From: an uncultured Clostridia bacterium
Lineage (GTDB): Bacteria; Bacillota; Clostridia; TANB77; CAG-508
Reading direction: 5' to 3'
Assembly (NCBI GenBank): GCA_947581895.1
Contig: CANPWE010000004.1
Location: 2,836 to 66,835 of the forward strand
Length of the DNA stretch: 64,000 bases
A program made the translations under genes and the position numbers. Under the pieces are notes generated by a model. The model ran no database searches. It was not told the origin of the DNA and worked only from the letters and a program-made list of their open reading frames with translations. This document shows, in pieces, positions 32,401-37,415 of this stretch. How positions within the stretch are numbered: the first letter of the stretch is position 1; every line of letters begins with the position of its first letter.

Positions 32401-35400
32401 AATTCAAGGAACAGTAATAGTACACCACTATATAAATGGAACAGGAGAAGAATTTAAAAATGAGCCAGTAAAAGTTCCAGCAGAGATAGAAGGAACAGTT
32501 GTAGAAAACCAAACTTTAAAAGATTTAATAGGAGAACCATATGAAACATCAGAAAGTAAAGATGTGGCACATGTATATGAATTAGTAGATGTTTCAGGTC
32601 AGGTAAGTGGAGAATTTGGTAAAGATGAAATAAATGTTTACTATTACTATGATTTCAAAGGATATGATTATAAAGTAGAATATTATTATGATGGTGAAAT
32701 TGATGAAAAAGAAACAGAAACATCTACAGCAAAATATGGAGATAAAATAATAGATTATGATGATAAAGTAAGAACTGGTTATAAACTTGAAAAAGTTGAA
32801 CCAACAAATGATAAAGATGAACTAGAATTATCAATTACAGATAAGCCAGAAGAAAATGTAATAAAAGTTTACTATGTAAAAGATAACTTTAATTACACAG
32901 TAGAGTACTACTATGATGGAATAATTGATTCAAGTAAAACAGAGACGATAGAAGCTGAGTATCAACAAGAAATATCAAAATATAAGGAGAAATTAGAACC
33001 TGGATATGTAAAAGTAAAAGATGAAAATGTACCTCTAATAGTAAGTGATGATGTATCTAAAAATGTAATAAAAGTTTACTATAGACGTCAATATAATATA
33101 ACAACAAAAGTAATAGAGCATACAGAAGAGTATGTAGATGGAACAGTAGAAGAACATATAAAAGGTGGAAAGATTTCAGGAGATTCTTTAGCTTCATATG
33201 AAAAAGTGTTCAAGGGAGAAAATAGTACGAAAGCTATTGTTATAGAGCCAGATGAAAATTATGAAATTGTAAAAATAACAGTTTCTGATGGAAGCAAAAA
33301 ACAAGAAGTCTTAGATTACACAAAATTAATCAAAGATGGTAAAGTAACAATCCCAGTAGGTTACTTCACAAATATGCAATCAGATAAACATATTGAAGTA
33401 GAATTTAGAAAAAAATCAAATGTAATTGTAAAATATCTAGAAAAAACTAAAGAAGGATACACAGAAAATGAATTATTACCACAAGAAGAACTAACAGGTT
33501 ATGAAACTAAAGAGTATAAAACATCAAGAAAAAATATATTAAATTATAGAGCAGCAGAAGATCCAGATAAGAATATGGAACCTAAAAATGCAACAGGAAC
33601 AATGAAAGCAGATACAATAGAGGTAATTTACTATTATGAAAAAATTCCTGCAGGTATAACTGTAAAACATTTAGAAAAAGTAACTAATCCAGATGGAACA
33701 ATAGAAGGAATTGAAATACAAGAAGCAGAAGATGAATATATAAAAGGACATGTTGGTGAAATATACAAAACATCAAGAAAAGAAATGGAGAATTATGTAC
33801 CAGCAGAACCACCTGAATTAGATGAAACAATTAAAAATGTAATATATGTAGATAAAGAAAAAGATACATATGATGGAAAATATACTGAATCAACAGTTCA
33901 AATCATATATTGGTATGAAAGACAATTCAATATTACAACACAAGTAAAACAACATCCACGTCCAAAACCAGGTGAAACAGAACAAGAAAAACCAGGTAGT
34001 GGAGAACAAGGTAATCAAGATATGGTAAAAGGAGGATCTATTTCAGGAGATATAACAGCAGAAGAAACTTTAGATACTCCATATGAAGGTGTTATAAAAT
34101 CACAATCTAATAAAAAAGCAATAGAAATTATTCCAGATGATGGATATAGGGTAAAAGAACTAGTAATAAATGGTAAAGTAGTTGATACAACAGAATTAGT
34201 AAAAGAAGATAAATCTATAGTACTACCAGAAGGATATTTCAAAGATATTCAAGGAGATATACATATACAAGTAGAATTTGAAGAAATACCAGCAGAATTA
34301 ATTGTTAAGTATATTGATAAAGATACTGGAGAAGAAATAATACCTACAGAAAAAACACAAGGATATGTAAATGATGAATATAATAAAGAAATAAAAGAAT
34401 TAGAAGATTATATTTTGGCAGATCCTAAGCCAGAAAATGCTAAAGGAAAACTTGTAGAAGAAGGCGTAACAGTAAATTATTATTATATAAGACAATTTAA
34501 GATTACAACAGATGTTATAGAACATTATGAGTTTGAAAATAATGGTGTTATTGATGTAGTAGTGGATGAAAATGGAGAAAATGCATCTAATAATATAACA
34601 AATGGTACAATAGATAATACAACAAATAATGCAACAAATAGTACAATAGATAATACAATAAATAATGCAACGAATAGTACAACAGATAATGCAACAAATA
34701 ATGGAACAAATAATGCAACAAATGATACAACAGGAGGAAAAATACTAGTAAAAGGAGGAACAATTTCTGGAGAAGATGAACAACCATATGAAAAAGTAAA
34801 CAGAGGAAAAGATAACAAAAAAGAAATACAAATAGTTCCAGATGAAGGATATAAAATAAAATCAATAAGAATCAGACAACCAGGAGCAGAAATTGAAAAC
34901 TTGGATTTAGAAAAACTACTAAAAGAAAACGGAGTTGATATTAAAGAAGAGAATAATAATAAAGAAAATAATGGACAAAGTAGAGAAGTAAATAATAACG
35001 GAGAAAATAATGAGCAAACTAATGAATCAAATAAAAATGAAGAAAATAAAGAACACAGAAAAGCAATAATTCTAAAAGCTGGATATTTCACAAACATGCA
35101 ATCAAACAAACACATAGAAGTAGAATTTGAAAAAATCCCAGCAAAAATAACAGTAGAATACCTAAACAAAGATACACAAGAAAAAGTAGCAAAATCAGAA
35201 ATAGTAACAGGATATGTAAATGACAAATACAAAACACATGAAAAACAAATACCATACTATGAATTAATAAAAGAAGCATATCCAGAAAATGTAGAAGGAA
35301 AACTACAAGAAGAAACAAAAGTAACATACTGGTACAGACGTTTATTATTCAACATGAAATTAACAAAAGAACTTGCAAGTGTTCAAGTAAATGGAAATGA

Positions 35401-35977
35401 AGTATTAAAAACAGATAAAAAATTAGTAAAAGTAGATATATCAAATACAGAAGTACAAAACACAAATATTTTAGTAAAATATAAAATAGCAGTACAAAAC
35501 ACAGAAGAAATAGCAGGAACAGCAAAAGTACTAGAACAAATACCAGTAGGCTTCAAAATATCAAATCAAATGAAAACAATAAAACAAAATTCTTCATCAG
35601 AAGGACAACCAGATAATTCAAATGAAGCACAAGTAGACATATGGAAAGAAGTAGGAAACAACTTAGAACTAACAACAAGAGAACTACAACCAGGAGAAAC
35701 AGCAGAATATGAAGTAATACTAGAATGGGATACAAGTAAGAAAATAATAGGAGACCTAGAAAATATAGCAAAAATAACAGAAACACAAAATATACCACAA
35801 TTTACAGAAACAACAAAAGAAGATAATAGAGATTCTTGTACATTGCTTATTACAATAAGAACTGGTGACAACACAGACATAAAAGTTATAATTTCAATCT
35901 CATGCTTTATACTAGCTGGAATCTGTACATTAGGTTATATTGGAAGCGAAATATATTTAAGAAGAAAAATTAAATAA
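17408..35977 (+). CDS. giant modular cell-surface protein (~6,189 aa): adhesin-like with SpaA/CnaB-like, beta-propeller-repeat, MucBP-like and DUF11-like modules
   Basis: A single uninterrupted ORF. Likely start is the ATG at 17408 (GGAGA RBS), followed by signal/anchor KKIIFIVSIVVAISILIINLC. The C-terminus has a TM segment plus RRKIK tail. Contains no in-frame CGG. Confidence 0.9.
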   Translation: MNAKTKKIIFIVSIVVAISILIINLCTKPVKNVDNSIIKLTPEQQRTMTYNVVEKNSTIVDNTDNNMQFSAFFTKDNQQLDGTCNKLNIKPELFINLNIQSKGSLQDGKIIIEGKNFNYSMFMIKDDVLSESYISDDVTEITLNEVKAGTNKMIFGNVIADIQNNTNNYGGESTVTLTGTYVKEDGTKVQIEKKCNITVDWYGDIKASLSTSKHTYHYDNMSSNKITFGFYVNETAKDLLLDEVLATVEIPQLNGQDPVSVECSDSSVEDTYDTNTRKLTLKCKSTIDDQGVVTKSLSRQRYFNIIVTYPPEAIAAIQEYTQLEVPITGKFIGYNNPNEEFKDEKESNLAEGKIVLEFTKTPEIDPVKPTKYSHGFGIEILKKVYVSKPSNRYILSKQDILNLYDNSEYEGDYKYTVRWYAYSGNANEIKSFKLAETKNGEDDAYGDKFDDLVIDEYTSNTGIYFSNASTVLGDNGEISVYDNDTNELIHKFTKDDWNNYNADNPFPYTNPIKHIRVETTKPAENSYLYVYNVKELDANKLIGKYTIDDMKKFSKMTTYLTGTANIVESEEKTANLTDSVYLVSETSDAKISVEHDKLLTQETTNQKIYIDTIYSQQGDSYWKNGQFIVEVPEDIIKIDIKNVSINNNDVKVVAYEAVEVDGRYLIKIITENENPSVYRITIDCDITPDSRMATNEETFTLYAYNEKCNEYYNTITDKYDVDNDNSADENVGTSSGKVQFIAPMTLVTLETITDYDNEKDNEITIAPNVADVDKEIRKAKINISLTNSYPYTVSGIKILGKIPFEGNTYIINNDVDMKSEFDTTMIDGGIKADKDEIKNHMVVYYSENENPTQDLEDEDNGWKTLEEGADFSNIKTYLIDLQDYQIQCDEEIELYYNVSLPEKISYNKTAYSNHAVFFDFITSGAKVPLSTEPAKVGVKIVSKYDLELTKYKTHSQLTIPGVTYSLTYNEKDTEGVEQTKTRIITTGINGKLKVENLHAGIKYTLKEVKVPDTCELNTKENTFIISEDGELEFTGESKSKNFDGSDTLTIELEDEVKANLQITKTKIGTDNLEINNVRFALTDEEGNKKTGATKEGKLLFTGLLLNKKYILTETATPGGIQLNEGNFEFTLVRDKESGNISIQEGEKSLLSGEATISDDDNVLTPTLNVNVKDELKYSLDLTKVDYDGNSAQGVQFVLKGRGQKEGGSTYTTTKSGKISVNGLYVGEEYTLEEVRAIGYYLDKEKSHKITFKVEREGNLKVTQFNHDNVELEGNYEITENQLDAKLSFTLKNEKIPTYNLKIVKKNENNDTLAGAQFKLKSLDTDIEQYITIDEHGNGSFEGLYEYIENKCVSGKYELTETYAPEGYRLDPTVVKFYAKRNPETHKLELIIEEGQKIASVVLEENMESDSISNSEGGPETEAGNVDGTETGNGDESEDETNPDNSNQEFLTISIVNKPIFKLKKLGDNNDVLPGAKFAITDMNGDSVKAVDGSTIGEEKLVYTYLTFKKANEHAWTQNDNGVWKSGNYHVANSTSILESNSFIIKENTTFSFDWSVSSQSTSDYLYYEIINDSTNDKKGGTNKKISGTSYGSTEDALKYTTISEELTPGTYHVKFYYYKNGSSDSGLDAGFVKNISKVYMNQTIVETDGEGIISANLPEGLYKAVEVQAPDGYELTDVEENRTYYFGIGKSRAAETTGKIDKLEWAKSVSSDYITEFKDAVKTSDGGVIAVGSTDSNTYLLNEDTKSGFGNQDGLIVKYNSDGTVAWSKILGGDGDDEILAITEDPQGGYYAVAGYVSSSSIDYDNEEITVDNYGSADGFVMKISENGDKQWCKTIGKHLSDRIDAVAINDNGDVAVTGSYYDVDINQETNTLTGTANKNGFVCVLSNSGEYSWSSNLTSTSDVLGRAITTTSDGFAVGVSFRGELSIDNNSEKITSKGNADGIVIGYNSSGTVSWKTQIGSTGNDEIYDIIDYEDSEQNRKIVAVGAFGASFDINNDGTNDLTTKGVYDGMIVKLQEENGTYEKALSIGGSSDEVITSIVPTKNGGLLFGGWKYSSSVSFNGGSNVFTSNSGINDGFIIELNSTDEIVWSDTVKGTLYDMVNGVVQAEDGSCFAVGDFQSKSLAAFDKTGILSNTSSYDSDAFILKYAQTVTTAAVPEAQEIVVKNEIKKFAITTEIGENLQGERVGGNITGIYNGEYPEVNNKKFVEKVKYGYNSTQEIRIEPITDYTVTKITINGKEVKLIPEEDGTVIIKAGYFTKMNEDKHIVVTFANISHTLNIEKVGEDGEPLEGAEFKIKSNNETPEFEEMEDNGAKYKYADTTKPIDFEDTLTENGVIYGEPDKSNGVDDKVIGDIQNNGKTYYFEKNQEDGSYKPNNKGKGGTTAYSYFKIDLTEYPEDDYQVVVTAKVYSEKNYDYGYATINESTADVEHDNTVGRFIHIAGETTDVTTVKEYESPVLEGGKEYYLHIGYRKDGSGDKGDDVFTVTGIKVYKSNTSTYNLNKDKDNKYIPTNLTKPDTIANSYIPINLAGKEGKCAIVINAQTNSASNEYLYAHITDNTDRPAQSTTTNRIMSISGNSPAKDYEFLVDGGKQYYLHLGYSNVSSSEKTVAINSINVYETKELTFDFDKVTNEETTDEEDNSVIKGYVSNNVKRNNTYAYSYIPLDLTNYYGDYKLTVNATIEGTTNDHGFVTVKTDNTAPEYNVTTNRIFDLTGTKTQEGSITLIGGTKYYIHLGYYNGSTDATNADTFTINSIKVEPVVKEYTASTNSSGKATVEVEDLGKYQIQETKAPEHYILSSDIKDVELKQGGDNETFSFINKRNPLVIVHHYLKNEKGEYTKQQVAEDETFEGEPNKTYTTKPKSDLKGLTLEKINGKYRTPENGSGTYPETGIIEVEYYYETTPMKLTIHHYLEGTEDKVQLYGKEVDDEIVYTDSIVTFDDNGNYTVSAKNTYTLNNNNNYENLLATDYVFTSVSTQSLDDEGKQSDPNIAEITDIFNYTTDSEIIYYYKLKTHVITTEVIPHTESRTDEMLNTKVDKEVDGGTITGEYNKEYPEENRKQFVEEVIQKENSKKTITATPNYGYTVKYVKVITTTDDGKKTEELLYGSDNKENNEKSSENDNNNKKVEEISKQTSEEQTEGNTNKEQNILVSEKSNDNLKEENSGSSEDGGINSSKEENLENEGSEENQGNDSAEVTGGRVVVTVAPFESVTADKHVIVEFAPIKGTVEVHHIINGKTEDYENYEMTDLVGEKYYTGPITIPHYQLVYSSENTTGKFEEGKIDVYYYYDLREYSYRVEYYYDNQIDDKNTEKRKAKYGEIIDNYVDKNKTGYQFERKEPLNEEGDLSLKISDNPEENVIKIFYERKSYEYTVEYYYDDVKDETETKHSEAKYGDKITTYEKTKKQGYRLVKETPTDENDEFGLTISENPNKNIIRIYYRSEYNITTKVKTHEEKYLNNTIKNDVRGGNISGDSTISIDGKDPTNPEDIMKPYEKVLKDDDSTLPIKIIPDDDYKIVNVWISDGPEEEKERIPLDFTKYMQDGIVTLPKGYFQDMDSNKHIEVEFRRKTKVIVRYYEKDGERYTTNPLAESEEIDGYESQAYKTDRLNITNYRGVADEDGNEEPINKEGTMMADTIEVIYYYERIPSGITVKHVEKLFNEEGEVVSAQIDGIKDETIDGYVGLPYETKRKEIDHYIPADPPESIEEKENVINVKKSEESKNGEFTEDAIEIVYWYERQFDITTEVKKHTEERENTETGEKETKEVDGGTITGMYETPYETVTYNHSSNKPIKAIPNTHYIVKSITLVSTDRAGHDKTTLIYGDDANQDAEVQCTKQSDGSVTVSNFENVKENKKIIVEFEPIKGKVIVHHYIEGTGKEFNKPEQKVPSNIEGEYIEDEILTDLIDEKYETKENQNVSSIYKCVRTSGNVTGKYTEEEIHVYYYYDYKEYKYTVQYYYDGVLNENKTDVKSVKYNTQIDECTDKIENGYVKDRTDNLPLIVKDNESENVIKVYYTSIYNITTDVIPHIEKRTNSQGQKENRSVDGGTITGQGQEPYEVVRYKENSKNEITIKPEDNYKIKSIILESITRNVTSITTTKLYGEGAAESAEVTCKINEDGSITLTNFENVTEHKNIKVEFEPIPGTVIVHHYMKETGDEYGVPAVPVPAKGGGYLQDETFTDLIGEPYETSQSDNVVDICKCVGSSDNTDGQYVKGITHVYYYYDYKDYKYTVQYYYDGVLDNEKTYEENVKYGTEIKDYRNEIKDGYVLEEVDEIPLIVTDDESHNVIKVYYTSVYNITTQVKPHTEKRTNKTTGQKEEVTVDGGKITGQGQQPYEVVKYNQNSVNPIIITPDPNYIVKSIILVSKNREENSTTTVVYDKDATTDSSTNAEIGYTENEDGTITLDNFTNVMEHKHIIVEFEPILGTVIVHHYITGTGEQFNTTPVKVPAKDGGVVENETLKDLIGEEYVTSESENIADIYEKVSSTNNTKGEFTKDTIDVYYYYDYKHYDYTIEYYYDGEKDVNETVHGSAKYGDKITEFDDKIRDGYVLVDKQPVDSDGEFGLTIKDKPDENVIRIYYRSQYKITTKVVTHTEEYSNGDVVQDVRGGTISGDFTLLTNPAEPGDLTDPTKQITPYEIVLKGDSNKQPIEIVPAENYQIVKIWISDGLNADKKELDFSSLIENESVILPIEYFTNMQSDKHIEVEFRRKTKVIVKYLEKVGEEYTKKSLLDDEIIDGYEGKEYETLRKNITYYKSTKDQNGNITPENAAGKMKADTIEVVYYYEKIPAGVTVKYVEKVVNSNGEIEGVAIDEVEDDNITGYVSESYETSRKRIENYISATPPQLPEGTENVVYVDMLEDSYNGIFTEEPFEIYYWYERVFDITTEITPHIENRTNKETGEKEEKLVDGGDISGKDEKPYETVVYKSDAEHEIVITPEDNYIIKSIKIISTNRAKEETEIVIYGDGAVQNAEISYTQAQDGTVTLSKFKNVQSDKRVVVEFEPIQGTVIVHHYINGTGEEFKNEPVKVPAEIEGTVVENQTLKDLIGEPYETSESKDVAHVYELVDVSGQVSGEFGKDEINVYYYYDFKGYDYKVEYYYDGEIDEKETETSTAKYGDKIIDYDDKVRTGYKLEKVEPTNDKDELELSITDKPEENVIKVYYVKDNFNYTVEYYYDGIIDSSKTETIEAEYQQEISKYKEKLEPGYVKVKDENVPLIVSDDVSKNVIKVYYRRQYNITTKVIEHTEEYVDGTVEEHIKGGKISGDSLASYEKVFKGENSTKAIVIEPDENYEIVKITVSDGSKKQEVLDYTKLIKDGKVTIPVGYFTNMQSDKHIEVEFRKKSNVIVKYLEKTKEGYTENELLPQEELTGYETKEYKTSRKNILNYRAAEDPDKNMEPKNATGTMKADTIEVIYYYEKIPAGITVKHLEKVTNPDGTIEGIEIQEAEDEYIKGHVGEIYKTSRKEMENYVPAEPPELDETIKNVIYVDKEKDTYDGKYTESTVQIIYWYERQFNITTQVKQHPRPKPGETEQEKPGSGEQGNQDMVKGGSISGDITAEETLDTPYEGVIKSQSNKKAIEIIPDDGYRVKELVINGKVVDTTELVKEDKSIVLPEGYFKDIQGDIHIQVEFEEIPAELIVKYIDKDTGEEIIPTEKTQGYVNDEYNKEIKELEDYILADPKPENAKGKLVEEGVTVNYYYIRQFKITTDVIEHYEFENNGVIDVVVDENGENASNNITNGTIDNTTNNATNSTIDNTINNATNSTTDNATNNGTNNATNDTTGGKILVKGGTISGEDEQPYEKVNRGKDNKKEIQIVPDEGYKIKSIRIRQPGAEIENLDLEKLLKENGVDIKEENNNKENNGQSREVNNNGENNEQTNESNKNEENKEHRKAIILKAGYFTNMQSNKHIEVEFEKIPAKITVEYLNKDTQEKVAKSEIVTGYVNDKYKTHEKQIPYYELIKEAYPENVEGKLQEETKVTYWYRRLLFNMKLTKELASVQVNGNEVLKTDKKLVKVDISNTEVQNTNILVKYKIAVQNTEEIAGTAKVLEQIPVGFKISNQMKTIKQNSSSEGQPDNSNEAQVDIWKEVGNNLELTTRELQPGETAEYEVILEWDTSKKIIGDLENIAKITETQNIPQFTETTKEDNRDSCTLLITIRTGDNTDIKVIISISCFILAGICTLGYIGSEIYLRRKIK
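25860..35340 (+). repeat. array of reiterated coding modules inside the giant ORF
   Basis: Repeated, diverged blocks such as (F/Y)(D/N)ITT.V..H.E.R.....VDGG.I(T/S)G, ..VEFEPI.G.VIVHHYI.GTG.EF (at ~28995, 29835, 30675 and 32415), YKYTVQYYYDG / YDYTIEYYYDG, and K..VIVKYLEK...Y / IPAGITVKH.EK MucBP-like units. Confidence 0.7.
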
Positions 35978-35993
35978 TGCACAGTTTTAATGA

Positions 35994-36037
35994 GGCAGTT
36001 AAAAATGTATCAAATACATTTTTAACTGCCTTTTTTT
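35994..36037 (+). terminator. intrinsic terminator of the giant gene
   Basis: GGCAGTTAAAAATGTAT pairs with ATACATTTTTAACTGCC, followed by T7. Confidence 0.75.
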
Positions 36038-36050
36038 GTTTAGTACACAT

Positions 36051-36215
36051 TTTCCAAAAGGATATGTAAGAGGAAAAACATTCCACTTGTCATCAGGGGC
36101 AATTTCTTGTAGCATGAATTGTATCTTTCCCAAACTTATAAATGCAAATTTATTTTCAGGCCTATCATATTTCACTTTAAAACCAGATTTTTGATAAAAA
36201 TGCAAATTTTAAGTA
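36051..36215 (-). pseudogene. internal fragment of a second VOC/glyoxalase gene copy
   Basis: About 165 nt aligns with 4608-4775 of the intact gene at roughly 85-90% identity by eye (..SGFKVKYDRPENKFAFISLGKIQFMLQEIAPDDKWNVFPLTYPFG..). It lacks both the N- and C-terminal parts. Confidence 0.6.
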
Positions 36216-36324
36216 AAATTCCAAGTTCCTAAAGTGAAAAAAGAGATAAATATAGTTAAAAATATGATAAAATACAAATAAAATAAAAACAAAAAAATCA
36301 AAAGAAAATAAAGGAGTGATAATA

Positions 36325-36708
36325 ATGAAAGTTTTAACAATTAAACAACCATGGGCGACTTTAATAATGCAAGGAGATAAAAGATTTGAGTTTAGAAGTT
36401 GGAAAACAAAATACAGAGGAGATTTGCTAATACATGCAGGAAAAGGCATAGATAAGGAAGCAATGAAAAGGTTGGCAAAATATCTTCCAGAAAAATTAGA
36501 ATATGGAAAAATATTAGGAAAAGTAAAATTAGTAGATTGCATAGAAAAGTCACCAGAATTTAAGGAATTATTGCTAAAAGAAAATAAGGACATTTATACT
36601 AAAAGTTCTTTTCAAGAAAACTATGGATGGCAAGTTACAGATGTGGAAGTATTTGAAAAACCAATAGAGGTAAAAGGGCAGTTAGGTTTATGGAATTATA
36701 ATATATAA
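36325..36708 (+). CDS. ASCH (PUA-like) domain protein
   Basis: ATG at 36325 after AAGGAG. MKVLTIKQPWATLIMQGDKRFEFRSWKTKYRGDLLIHAGK is the characteristic ASCH N-terminus. Confidence 0.8.
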   Translation: MKVLTIKQPWATLIMQGDKRFEFRSWKTKYRGDLLIHAGKGIDKEAMKRLAKYLPEKLEYGKILGKVKLVDCIEKSPEFKELLLKENKDIYTKSSFQENYGWQVTDVEVFEKPIEVKGQLGLWNYNI

Positions 36709-36759
36709 AATAAAAAGAAAAGCACAGGTGATTAAACCTATGCTTTCATGGACTTAAAC

Positions 36760-37212
36760 TTATTTAGATGTATTGGTTGCACTATCTGTATTAGCTGCAC
36801 TATCTGCATCGGTTGTCTGAATCAGTTCTTCACCATTTAACCAAGCTACTCTACATATTTCCAAGAAAATCTGCTCGATTTCCAGGTCAGAAATATGGCC
36901 ATACATATTATTAATTGATTGCATATAATTTGCAACCTGCATAAAAGAATGGCGCAGTTCAGAGTTGGTCGTGAAAGGGTCTGAGCAGATTAAGGATACA
37001 TTCAGTATCTTACATTCATTATGTAATTCAAGCTGATTAAAAAGGTATGGCTTGTACCGTTTGTACTCGCTCATGAATTCTCTTTTCAGTTGCTTTATTA
37101 TGTAATTTTTTACAATAATGTTAGCAGCTGAAGCTGAGCAGACCATGGTTCCGCAGAATGCAAATACTATTGCGATTCCAATAAGCACCTTTACTATTGT
37201 TGTTCCATCCAT
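36760..37212 (-). CDS. hypothetical membrane-anchored protein (compositional outlier)
   Basis: 150-aa ORF with AGGAGG RBS and an N-terminal TM segment. Richer in G+C than its neighbours. Has an in-frame CGG (AAA CGG TAC) with a long 0-frame continuation. Confidence 0.6.
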   Translation of the reverse strand: MDGTTIVKVLIGIAIVFAFCGTMVCSASAANIIVKNYIIKQLKREFMSEYKRYKPYLFNQLELHNECKILNVSLICSDPFTTNSELRHSFMQVANYMQSINNMYGHISDLEIEQIFLEICRVAWLNGEELIQTTDADSAANTDSATNTSK

Positions 37213-37415
37213 CTGAGATTCCTCCTAAATTATTATTTATATATATAAAACTAATAATCCAGAGGTTATCCCTCTGTACTAATTAGTGTAATAAGGGATA
37301 ATAATACGGCTTCCTATATAATTATACCAAATAAATTATGTAAACACAATACTTTTTGTTAAAATTTACTAAATTTTTCAAGTATTAAATTATAAAATTC
37401 ATCAATTTTTATATG

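Noticed and set aside
20122-35880. Many 60-235-aa minus-strand and alternative-frame ORFs inside the giant gene (for example 20122-20736, 23431-23982 and 34525-35232)
   Set aside because: They are antisense or out-of-frame shadows of a long AT-rich coding region. They translate to low-complexity F/L/I/S-rich sequence, have no RBS and are fully contained in a well-supported ORF.
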